This document shows positions 25,963-34,254 of a stretch of DNA of 64,000 nt, piece after piece. The DNA lies in assembly GCA_041594435.1 (NCBI GenBank), contig JBFHME010000001.1:716-64715 (forward strand), in the 5' to 3' direction. A program made the translations under genes and the position numbers. The first letter of the stretch is position 1; each line of letters begins with the position of its first letter. The notes below the pieces were generated by a model, which saw nothing but the letters and a program-made list of their open reading frames with translations, did no database searches and was not told where the DNA came from. This DNA comes from Acidimicrobiales bacterium (GTDB lineage: Bacteria > Actinomycetota > Acidimicrobiia > Acidimicrobiales > SZUA-35).

Positions 25963-26397
25963 ATGACCAAGCGTGAACACCTCCTCACCCTCGTCGAGCC
26001 CACCAAGGGCGGCGACGCCACGCTCGATCTGGCCCACTCCACTGTCGAACGGGGCGGCGACGCCACGGTCGTCATGCTCATCACCGACCGCGTACGACGC
26101 GACATCAGCGACTACGCCACCTCCGAGAACCTCGACCGCGCCGAGGCCGAAGGCCGGGCCATGGACCAGCTCGACGGCTACTGCCGCAGTCGAGTCGGCG
26201 GCGACACCACCGTCGTCGCCAGCTACCGGTGGCCCCACACCGACGTCGCCAAACTCGTCACCCCCGGGATCACCGCGATCGCGGTGCCCGAGCGGCTGGT
26301 CAGCAAGCGTTCGGTCCGCAAGCTGGTGAAGCGCACCGGTCTGCCGGTTGTCGTCGCGCCGAGTGGCTCCGATCGCACCCCCGACGTCGCCGCCTAG
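25963..26397 (+). CDS. USP-like (adenine-nucleotide alpha-hydrolase fold) protein, divergent
   Basis: LLTLVEPTKGGDATLDLA...VVMLITD...ITAIAVPERL...GLPVVVAP follows the USP strand order but lacks a clear G-x2-G-x9-G(S/T) ATP motif. Purine-rich RBS region. Confidence 0.6.
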   Translation: MTKREHLLTLVEPTKGGDATLDLAHSTVERGGDATVVMLITDRVRRDISDYATSENLDRAEAEGRAMDQLDGYCRSRVGGDTTVVASYRWPHTDVAKLVTPGITAIAVPERLVSKRSVRKLVKRTGLPVVVAPSGSDRTPDVAA

Positions 26398-26463
26398 AAC
26401 GACCGAGGCTTTCGGGTCACCCCGTCGATCGACACCGGTCGGCCGGGGCGGCCCGTGCCCCGG

Positions 26464-27339
26464 TCAGCAGTGCGAGTCGAGCCAGCCGATGATGTCGGCC
26501 GTGACCTCGTCCCGGTTGGTCTCGTTGAGAATCTCGTGGCGGGCGGCCGGGTAGATCGTGACGGTGACGTCGTCGATCCCGGCCGCCCGATATCGTTCGC
26601 CGAGCAGCGTCACCAGTTCGCCGCCCCCGGCCAACGGGTCGTCGCTACCCGACGCAAGCAACAACGGCAGATCGGACCGAATCCCACCGAGTGCCTCCGG
26701 GTCGGCGAGACGGGCCGCACCGCCGAAGAGTAGCGGGATCGTCTCCGGTGGAGTCTCGAATCCACACCACGGGTCGGCTACGTAGGCGTCGACCTCGGCT
26801 TCGTCCCGCGACAACCATTCGAATCCCGTGCGATGCTCGAATCCGGCGTTGAAGGCCTCCAGCCCGACCGGGCCCTCGGCCTCGGCCATGCCGGCGGCCA
26901 GCACGTCGAGCGCCGTCGATCCCGACAGCACCACGCCACGCCAGATGTCATGGTGATCAATGATGGCGGTCTGTGCCGCAAAGGATCCCATCGAATGACC
27001 GACGAGGAAGACCGGTAGGGCAGGGTACGATCCGCCGATCCACTGTCCGAATTGGACGACATCGGCGATGAGGCCGTCGAAGCCGACATCACCGAAGTGG
27101 CCAAGGCCTTGCCCACTGTTCTCGCCGGTTCGACCGTGACCCCGATGATCGGTGGCGAAGACGACAAACCCGGCGTCGTTGAGGGCTCGGGCGAAGCGGT
27201 CGTAACGGGCCGCATGTTCGGCGAGGCCGTGGGCGATCTGAACGGCCCCCCTCGGTGAGTCCTCGACGTCGACCCAGGCGGTGGTGGCGATCTCGGTGCC
27301 GTCGGCCGCCGAGGTGAAAGACGATTCTGTGGCGCTCAT
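26464..27339 (-). CDS. Alpha/beta hydrolase (lysophospholipase / monoacylglycerol-lipase-like)
   Basis: HGLAEHAARY, DHRGHGRT, GHSMGS nucleophile elbow, C-terminal ARHEILNE. ATG 27339. The upstream 143 codons of the track ORF are discarded. Confidence 0.85.
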   Translation of the reverse strand: MSATESSFTSAADGTEIATTAWVDVEDSPRGAVQIAHGLAEHAARYDRFARALNDAGFVVFATDHRGHGRTGENSGQGLGHFGDVGFDGLIADVVQFGQWIGGSYPALPVFLVGHSMGSFAAQTAIIDHHDIWRGVVLSGSTALDVLAAGMAEAEGPVGLEAFNAGFEHRTGFEWLSRDEAEVDAYVADPWCGFETPPETIPLLFGGAARLADPEALGGIRSDLPLLLASGSDDPLAGGGELVTLLGERYRAAGIDDVTVTIYPAARHEILNETNRDEVTADIIGWLDSHC

Positions 27340-27380
27340 CGGCCAATCATGGCACACCGCGGCGAGCGCTCGCAGCACCG

Positions 27381-27848
27381 TCACGAGCCCAGGGTGGTGA
27401 TCACATCGGGCGGGGCCTGCACCAGTTCGATCAGCACTCCGACACCCGACAGAGGGAACTCGTCGTTGCCTTTCGGGTGGACGAAGACGATGTCGTGCCC
27501 CGCAGCGCCGGGTCGGATCCCGCCCGGTGTGAACCGCATGCCCTGGTCGGTCAGCCATTCGACGGCAGCCGGCAGGTCGTCGACCCACAGGCCGATGTGG
27601 TTGAGCGTCGGTTCGTGCACCTTCGGCTTCGACTCGGGATCGAGCGGCTGCATCAGATCGATCTCCACGGCGTGAGCTCCCGCGCCCAGCCGCAGGATCT
27701 CCTCCTGAACGTTTTCGTTCTCGCTCGTGTACCGACCCACCTTGGGCACACCGAACGTATCGACCCACAGTGTGCTGAGCGCGGCCAGATCGAGGCTCCC
27801 GATGGCGATCTGCTGCAGGCCGAGGATCTTGAAAGGACGCTCGCTCAT
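27381..27848 (-). CDS. VOC-family protein (glyoxalase / methylmalonyl-CoA-epimerase-like)
   Basis: [14 protein letters not shown]...[11 protein letters not shown]...FVHPKG...LIELVQ pattern. ATG 27848. Confidence 0.82.
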   Translation of the reverse strand: MSERPFKILGLQQIAIGSLDLAALSTLWVDTFGVPKVGRYTSENENVQEEILRLGAGAHAVEIDLMQPLDPESKPKVHEPTLNHIGLWVDDLPAAVEWLTDQGMRFTPGGIRPGAAGHDIVFVHPKGNDEFPLSGVGVLIELVQAPPDVITTLGS

Positions 27849-28009
27849 GGCCGGAAATGGTAGTGGCGGCACCGATCGTCGGATGGATCGGGTGGAGCCG
27901 GATCCGGCGACCGGGCCAAGGCTCGATGCCGGGTCCGTCTCGGCTGCGGAGCTACATTTGGACCGTCCGCCCGAATGCTCACACCCGTTGCGCACCGTCA
28001 GGAGATTTC

Positions 28010-29053
28010 GTGGGTCAAGACGACAACACGGTCAACGCCGAGCCGCCCCATCGCCGACTCGATCGGAAACTGGGTCGGGTGCTGGATGGCAGCTACACCA
28101 ACGCCGATTTCATCATCGCGGACGCGAAGGACGCCGATATGGCCTTCGGTGTCACCGCCGCCGGGCCCCGACCGGAGACCTACATCCCCGTCGGCGATGC
28201 CGGGCCCGGCCGCTACCGCACCCGAGCCGAGTATCTCGATGCCATGAGGGCTCTCATCGGGCAGGGCGAGATCGACATTCTCCTGACCTCGGCCTCCAAT
28301 GGCGAGCGTCTGGCCGGTGGTGGCGATCTCGCCGTCGATAGCGACCTCACCCTTGCCGTCCGGGCCAACGACACCACCGACATCTGGAACCAGCGCGGCT
28401 CCCAGTACTCGTCGATCCCGTCGCGGCCGTTCCGCACCGCCGACCTGGCCTCGGTTCGTCCGTTCTGCGATCTCGTCCTCTACTCGATCACGTTCAACAA
28501 CGATCTCGAACTCGACCGGCAAGCACTCGACGACTACGCGCGGTTCCGAATCGATGCGGCGGCCGTCGGTATCCGCCACTTCCTCGAGGTGTTCAACCCG
28601 AACGCTCCCGATCGGCTTGATCCCAAACACGTCGGATCGTTCGTCAACGACTCGATCGTGCGGGCGCTGGCCGGTGTCACCTCCGCCCACCGACCGCTGT
28701 TCCTGAAGATGGCCTACAACGGGCCCGGGGCGCTCACCGAATTGGCCGAACACGATCCGACGCTCGTCATCGGGATCCTGGGCGGTTCGGCCGGTACCAC
28801 CCGCGACACGTTCGAGCTGTTGCATCAGGCTGAGCACTGCGGCGCCCGTGTGGCGCTGTTCGGCCGCAAGATCCAACGCTGCGAATCCCAACTCGACCTG
28901 CTTCGACACATGCGGATCGTGCTGCGGGAGGAGCTGAGCCCGGCCGATGCCGTGCGCTCGTACCATCAGGCGCTGGCCGATGTCGGGGTCTCGCCGTTTC
29001 GATCGCTCGAGGATGACCTGGAGATCACCGAGCCGGTTCTGCGGGAGGCCTAG
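28010..29053 (+). CDS. Conserved hypothetical, possibly class-I-aldolase-like TIM-barrel protein
   Basis: 347-aa ORF from GTG 28010 (GGAG RBS). Weak resemblance to DeoC/LacD/DhnA-type aldolases ([19 protein letters not shown]). A PfkB kinase gene starts 6 nt after its stop. Family call is tentative. Confidence 0.55.
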   Translation: MGQDDNTVNAEPPHRRLDRKLGRVLDGSYTNADFIIADAKDADMAFGVTAAGPRPETYIPVGDAGPGRYRTRAEYLDAMRALIGQGEIDILLTSASNGERLAGGGDLAVDSDLTLAVRANDTTDIWNQRGSQYSSIPSRPFRTADLASVRPFCDLVLYSITFNNDLELDRQALDDYARFRIDAAAVGIRHFLEVFNPNAPDRLDPKHVGSFVNDSIVRALAGVTSAHRPLFLKMAYNGPGALTELAEHDPTLVIGILGGSAGTTRDTFELLHQAEHCGARVALFGRKIQRCESQLDLLRHMRIVLREELSPADAVRSYHQALADVGVSPFRSLEDDLEITEPVLREA

Positions 29054-29058
29054 TCGCC

Positions 29059-30147
29059 GTGAGTGGTGCGTCCGAGGGATCCGCTGCGGTGGCACGGGGC
29101 ATCACCTCGGTCGGATGCGCGGTCGTCGACATGGCCAAGATCATCGACCGGTATCCCGAACCGGACCATCTGGCGATGATCACCGAGGTCTCGCTGAGCA
29201 GCGGCGGTCCCGCGCTCAACATGGCGGTCAACCTTCGCCAGCTCGGTGTCGACTACCCCGTGTCGTTTCACGGCGCCCTCGGTGACGACGAGCACGGCCG
29301 GTTTCTCCTGGCCGAGTGCGACCGTCTCGGGATCGACCGGTCCGGATTCCTGGTGCTACCTGGCGTGGCCACATCGTTCACCGACGTCTTCCTCGAACGC
29401 AGCGGTGGCCGCCGCACCATGTTCTATCACGCCGGGGCCAACGACGCCTTCGACGCGGCCGGATCCGCCATCGAGCAGTCCGGGGCCCGCATTCTGCACG
29501 CCGGATCACCGGGCGCCCTGAAGATGATGGACACACCGATCGACGGCGATCGAGCCGGGGGCGACCCATCCGGCGGAACCGGCTGGTCTCGCCTCCTGGC
29601 CCGGGGCCAGGCGGCCGGCATGCACACCAATATGGAGATGGTCGACCTCGACGACGACCTCGCCCGTGCACTCGTCACCCCCTGCCTGCCGCACCTCAGC
29701 AGCATCGTCATCAACGAGCTGGAGGCCGGAGCGATCACCGGGATCACGTCACCCAGCCCCGACGCGGAGGGCCCGGTTGACTGGCCGACGCTCGAAGCCA
29801 TGGCGTTGCGTCTGGTCGAGATGGGGGTGTCGACGTTGGCGGTCGTCCACTTCCCGACCGGCGCGGTGGCCGCCGCCCCGGGTGGTCACACGTGGCGCCA
29901 GGGTTCGGTGCGACTCCCGCCCGAGGGCGTGCGCAGTGCCGTCGGAGCCGGCGACGCCTTCGCCGCGGGGGTGATCCACGGCTTCCACGAGGAGTGGGAG
30001 GTGGAAGACTGTCTGCGTCTGGCGGTGGCGTCGGCCGCTGCCTGTGTGCAGGAGGCTCATACATCGGCCGGTATCAAACCGGTCGACGACTGCCTGGCCG
30101 AAGCCGACCAGCTCGGCTACCGCCCCACAGCCCCCCGGAACTTGTAG
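29059..30147 (+). CDS. PfkB-family carbohydrate kinase
   Basis: N-terminal GCAVVD...SSGGPALNMA and C-terminal AVGAGDAFAAG (PfkB signature 2). Confidence 0.85.
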   Translation: MSGASEGSAAVARGITSVGCAVVDMAKIIDRYPEPDHLAMITEVSLSSGGPALNMAVNLRQLGVDYPVSFHGALGDDEHGRFLLAECDRLGIDRSGFLVLPGVATSFTDVFLERSGGRRTMFYHAGANDAFDAAGSAIEQSGARILHAGSPGALKMMDTPIDGDRAGGDPSGGTGWSRLLARGQAAGMHTNMEMVDLDDDLARALVTPCLPHLSSIVINELEAGAITGITSPSPDAEGPVDWPTLEAMALRLVEMGVSTLAVVHFPTGAVAAAPGGHTWRQGSVRLPPEGVRSAVGAGDAFAAGVIHGFHEEWEVEDCLRLAVASAAACVQEAHTSAGIKPVDDCLAEADQLGYRPTAPRNL

Positions 30148-30171
30148 CGGCTTGCCGCCTCGAAGCGTTCC

Positions 30172-31083
30172 CTACAGGGCGGCGATGACCTCGGCGGCGA
30201 AGCGTTCGTAGGCCTCCCGCCGCTCCGCCGGGGAATCACCCAAGGTGGCGCTGAGGAGGATGAACTCGTCGAAGCCGGCCTCCGCGTAGGCACCGAGTTC
30301 CTCGACCAACTGTGCCGGGGTGCCGACGAGCGACCGTTCCAGGTCGACCTCGGCTCGCCGCTCGGCCAGCGCGGAGCCGTCGTCGCTCATGAACACCAGC
30401 GCCTGTGACGAGGTGCGAATCGTGGCCGGATCGGTGCCGACCGCATCACACGCATCGCCGAAGCGGCCCCGCTGCCTGGCGGCGAGCTCCGGGGCACCCC
30501 AGGCGTTCCACTCGTCGGCCCACCGGGCGGTGATCCGCATCATCCGTGCGCCCGCCGTTCCCACGACGATCGGCAGCTTTCCCTGGACCGGATGAGGCTC
30601 ACAGGGGGCGTCGGTGATGCTGTAGTGGGTGCCGTTGAAGTTGGTGCGTTCGTTGTCGAGCAGTGAACGCACGATCTGGATGCCCTCCTCGAAACGGTCG
30701 ACGCGTGTCCTGGGTGGCTCGAGCTCGATGCCGTAGGCGTGGTGTTCGTTGACCTGCCACCCGGCACCCAACCCGAGGATGAAACGACCGCCCGAGATGT
30801 GATCGATGGTGGCTGCCCGGTTGGCGAGCAGCGCGGGGTGGTGAACCGACGTCGGCGAGACCAGTGGTCCAAGCCGGACCCGCCCGGTCACGGCGGCCAG
30901 ACCGGCCAGCACCGCCCACGCTTCGTGACTGTCACCATCGACCGGTTCGCCGGAGGAGGTGTTGGGCATGTAGTGGTCGGCGAACCAGATCGACGACCAG
31001 GCCGGATCGCCGTCGGCAAGCTTCGCCAACTCGACGATCTCGTCCCAGCCGAGCTGGTTGTGAATCCACATCGACACCTTCAC
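30172..31083 (-). CDS. LLM-class (luciferase-like) F420-dependent oxidoreductase
   Basis: SIWFADHYM, LGPLVSPTSVHHPALLANRAATIDHISGGRFILGLGAGW: typical Rv1855c-type LLM pattern. Confidence 0.85.
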   Translation of the reverse strand: MKVSMWIHNQLGWDEIVELAKLADGDPAWSSIWFADHYMPNTSSGEPVDGDSHEAWAVLAGLAAVTGRVRLGPLVSPTSVHHPALLANRAATIDHISGGRFILGLGAGWQVNEHHAYGIELEPPRTRVDRFEEGIQIVRSLLDNERTNFNGTHYSITDAPCEPHPVQGKLPIVVGTAGARMMRITARWADEWNAWGAPELAARQRGRFGDACDAVGTDPATIRTSSQALVFMSDDGSALAERRAEVDLERSLVGTPAQLVEELGAYAEAGFDEFILLSATLGDSPAERREAYERFAAEVIAAL

Positions 31084-31085
31084 GG

Positions 31086-31490
31086 TCAGAGCCTCTTGAT
31101 GGAGAACGCCGGAATGACCCGGGGTGCCGCCGACTCGACGTACTCGGCGAACTGTGGTGCGATTTGGGCCTGGCGGGCCAGCGCCGCCCGCGCTTCGGAC
31201 TCGGGTAACTCCTCGACGCGGGCGGTGAACGACTCCGACCCGTACTCGACGTTGATCTCGGGGTGGGCCTTCAGGTTGTAGTACCAGTCGGGATGGGTCG
31301 GCGCGCCAGCCTTCGAGGCGAACACGACCATGGCGTCGTCCTCGACGAGGGCCACCAGGGGGATCTCTCGCACCTGGCCCGATTTGGCCCCGATGGTGCT
31401 CAGTACGACCAGCGGAGCGTCACCGAACTGGGCGACCTTGCCGTTGTTGGCCCGGAACTCCTCGATGACCTGCTTGTTCCAATCATTCAT
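31086..31490 (-). CDS. Deazaflavin (F420H2)-dependent nitroreductase/quinone reductase family protein (Ddn-like)
   Basis: NKQVIEEFRANNGKV...PLVVLSTIGAKSGQVREIPL...KAGAPTHPDWYYNLKAHPEINVE. Confidence 0.85.
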   Translation of the reverse strand: MNDWNKQVIEEFRANNGKVAQFGDAPLVVLSTIGAKSGQVREIPLVALVEDDAMVVFASKAGAPTHPDWYYNLKAHPEINVEYGSESFTARVEELPESEARAALARQAQIAPQFAEYVESAAPRVIPAFSIKRL

Positions 31491-31534
31491 ACGGCAAACC
31501 CTAACGCCGACCCGCGGTAAGTAGGCTGGGCCGC

Positions 31535-31696
31535 ATGCTCACTCTGGCTCGACGGGTGATGGCCGCGCTCGGTTTGACCGGCCTGATCGCCACCCTCTTT
31601 CGGTTGCGGGGCAGGGGCGGCGTCCCTCCCCAGACCGGCGGTTGGCGGGAACTCACCGAGGCTGAACTCATCGAGTTCCTCGGTTCCGACGAATGA
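31535..31696 (+). CDS. Possible small membrane protein (53 aa), not in the ORF track
   Basis: My translation: MLTLARRVMAALGLTGLIATLFRLRGRGGVPPQTGGWRELTEAELIEFLGSDE. One TM. Its stop overlaps the ATG of the next gene (ATGA at 31693-31696). RBS is weak. Confidence 0.35.
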   Translation: MLTLARRVMAALGLTGLIATLFRLRGRGGVPPQTGGWRELTEAELIEFLGSDE

Positions 31697-32691
31697 CCCC
31701 GACGGTCGCCGTCGCCGGTCTCGGAACCACCGGCACGAACATCGTCCGCCATCTCGTCGACGACCGGTCCCCGCCGCTTTCGCTGCGGCTCCACGACATC
31801 GACGCCACGGCCATCGAGCGGGCCGAACGGCTTGCCGGGGAGCGGGCCGGCGGCACTCCCATCGGTCCGAGTCCGGGCGTCGATCCACCCGACGTCGTCA
31901 TCCTGGCCACGCCGTGCGGTACCCATCCGGCGCTGGCCGCCACGCTGTTGACGGCGGGGAGCCATGTCGTGTCGATCTCCGACTCACCCTCCGACGTCGT
32001 CGCCCTTCTGGAACTCGACGCCCTCGCCCGCCGCGCCGGCCGGTCGATGGTTGTCGGAGCCGGGATGGCCCCCGGCCTCGGCTGCCTGCTGGCCCGCTAC
32101 GCCGGTGACCAACTCGACACCGTCGACTCCATCAACATCGCCAAAGCCGGAACCGCCGGTCCGGCCTGCGCCCGGCAGCACCACCAGGCGCTCAAAAGTC
32201 CGGGTCGGGACTGGGTGGGATCGGGTTGGGAGTTACGGGCCGGAGGCTCGGGGCGCGATCTGGCGTGGTTTCCCGAACCGATCGGCGCCAGAGACTGCTA
32301 CCGGGGCGCGCTGGCAAGTCCGATTCTCCTCCATCGAACGTATCCCGAGGCCAAACGTCTCTCGGCCCGGGTGTCGGCCACCCGCCGTGATCGGCTGACG
32401 TCGCGACTGCCCATGCTCCGGAAGCCACACCACGATGGTGGTCCGGGTGCCGTTCGGGCCGAAGTCCGGGGGTGGCGGACCGGACGGGTGGAGTCGATCG
32501 TGTATGCCGTCACGGCTTTCCCGTCGGTGGTTGCCGCGGCAGTCGCCACCGTGATCGCGCTTCGACTGATCGACGGACTCGGCCCGACCGGCGCCTCCGG
32601 TCTGAGCGAGTGGGAGGACGGCAACATGATCCTGGTCGACCTCCACCGCCGGGGAGTTCCGATTTCGCAGTTCAGCGGCGTCGGCGGCTAG
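31693..32691 (+). CDS. Saccharopine-dehydrogenase-like NAD(P)-binding protein
   Basis: Rossmann start VAVAGLGTTGTNIVRHL, then VVILATPCG...VVGAGMAPGL typical of Sacchrp_dh_NADP proteins. Confidence 0.78.
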   Translation: MTPTVAVAGLGTTGTNIVRHLVDDRSPPLSLRLHDIDATAIERAERLAGERAGGTPIGPSPGVDPPDVVILATPCGTHPALAATLLTAGSHVVSISDSPSDVVALLELDALARRAGRSMVVGAGMAPGLGCLLARYAGDQLDTVDSINIAKAGTAGPACARQHHQALKSPGRDWVGSGWELRAGGSGRDLAWFPEPIGARDCYRGALASPILLHRTYPEAKRLSARVSATRRDRLTSRLPMLRKPHHDGGPGAVRAEVRGWRTGRVESIVYAVTAFPSVVAAAVATVIALRLIDGLGPTGASGLSEWEDGNMILVDLHRRGVPISQFSGVGG

Positions 32692-32715
32692 TCCGGCTCG
32701 CCGAAGCGGAGCCGA

Positions 32716-34254
32716 TCAGACCGCCGCAGGTTTGCCGTTGGACGAGACGGCCGTGTCGCTGTCCGACCTCGTGCTGGGCAGCAGTATCCGGAAGGTCGTG
32801 CCCGTGCCGACCTCACTCTCGATCTCGATCCGACCACCGAGACCGGTGACCAGCGAATGAGCGATGGAGAGGCCCTGACCGGTACCCCGGCCGACCTCCT
32901 TGGTGGTGAAGAACTGCTCGAAGATGCGGTTCTGCAGCTCGGGCGGAATGCCGCACCCGTTGTCGGTGACCGACACCGCCACCATCCGGTCGTCGTGTTG
33001 GGTGGTCGAGATCCGAATAACGCCCGGGTCGCCTGTATCGCCTCGCTCCTCGATGGCGTGAGCGGCGTTGACGATCAGGTTGAGAAGAACCTGATTGAAC
33101 GAGCCGGCCGGCACCGGGACCGCCGGGATGTCGGGATCGAGATCGAGATCGACGTCGGCCACGTACTTCCATTCGCTGCGCGACACGGTGATCGTGGTGG
33201 AGACCAGGCCGTTGATGTCGTTCGGCTCGATCTCGTTGCGGGGATGGGAGAAGCCCTTCATGGCCAGAACGATCTGCGCCACCCGGTCGATCCCCTCCTT
33301 GCTCTGGGTCACCGCCGGTAGCGCCTCCTCGAGGGCGAATTCCAGGTCGACCTCGTTGGCCACGACCTTCAATGCCTCGAGCGCGGCCATTGCCCGTTGC
33401 GGATCGACGAAATCCTCCCGGTGGTCCAGCCACGTCTGAACGAAGCGGTTGGTGTCGGACGTGGTTTCGGAAAGGAACCGGAGGTTGTCGCCCACGAACT
33501 GAATCGGGGTGTTGATCTCGTGGGCGACACCGGCCGCCAGCGAACCGATCGATTCGAGCTTCTGGGCTTCGACCAGCTTGGACTGGGCGTCCTTCAGATC
33601 ATGAAGTGCATCGACCAACTCCAAACGTCGGCGGTCGGAGAAGTTCCAGTGGACCACCATGACCACCGAAAGAGCGACGATGAACGCGGCGTGGATCAAT
33701 CCCCACGTGAACGGAGCGGTGAGCGCGGGCTCATGGTTGTACATGGATTCCGGGGAGATCGTACCGCCGATCCCGTGTGTGCCGGCCACGTAGATCACGG
33801 CGTAGAGGTAGGGACGCCAATCGGCGTAGAGGGCGATCAGAGGAAGGGTCACGAAAAACCCGAAGTGTGACTCGATGAGTCCGTCAGTGCCGTGAACCAG
33901 CAGTCCACAGCCGATGAGAATCCCGGTCGTTGTCGTGAGCTGTTGGAGCTGGCGACCGGGGACGAGGGGCAGGAGTGCGGCGGGTGCGGCGGCGACGATG
34001 GCCTCGGTGATGGTGTGGGAGATGTCGAAATCCCCCTGGTCGAGATCTATGAGAACGGCGACGATCAGGGCGATCGATGCCGTCACCATGTAGCCGATGA
34101 CGAGGATGTGATGTCGCTGGCGCCATTCTTCATCCTTCAGCACGTCCGACGATGGGATGCAGGCCGTCATCTGTTTGAGCAGGGATCCGCCGTTCCGGTC
34201 CTCGCCCCCGTCGACGCTCATCGCGTGAACATCGCTAGGTGGGTTGTCTGTCAT
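32716..34254 (-). CDS. Membrane sensor histidine kinase
   Basis: H-box [25 protein letters not shown]. HATPase N/G boxes (LLNLIVNAAHA, DNGCGIP, GTGQGL). His-rich polytopic N-terminal domain. Alternative start ATG 34221. Confidence 0.85.
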   Translation of the reverse strand: MTDNPPSDVHAMSVDGGEDRNGGSLLKQMTACIPSSDVLKDEEWRQRHHILVIGYMVTASIALIVAVLIDLDQGDFDISHTITEAIVAAAPAALLPLVPGRQLQQLTTTTGILIGCGLLVHGTDGLIESHFGFFVTLPLIALYADWRPYLYAVIYVAGTHGIGGTISPESMYNHEPALTAPFTWGLIHAAFIVALSVVMVVHWNFSDRRRLELVDALHDLKDAQSKLVEAQKLESIGSLAAGVAHEINTPIQFVGDNLRFLSETTSDTNRFVQTWLDHREDFVDPQRAMAALEALKVVANEVDLEFALEEALPAVTQSKEGIDRVAQIVLAMKGFSHPRNEIEPNDINGLVSTTITVSRSEWKYVADVDLDLDPDIPAVPVPAGSFNQVLLNLIVNAAHAIEERGDTGDPGVIRISTTQHDDRMVAVSVTDNGCGIPPELQNRIFEQFFTTKEVGRGTGQGLSIAHSLVTGLGGRIEIESEVGTGTTFRILLPSTRSDSDTAVSSNGKPAAV

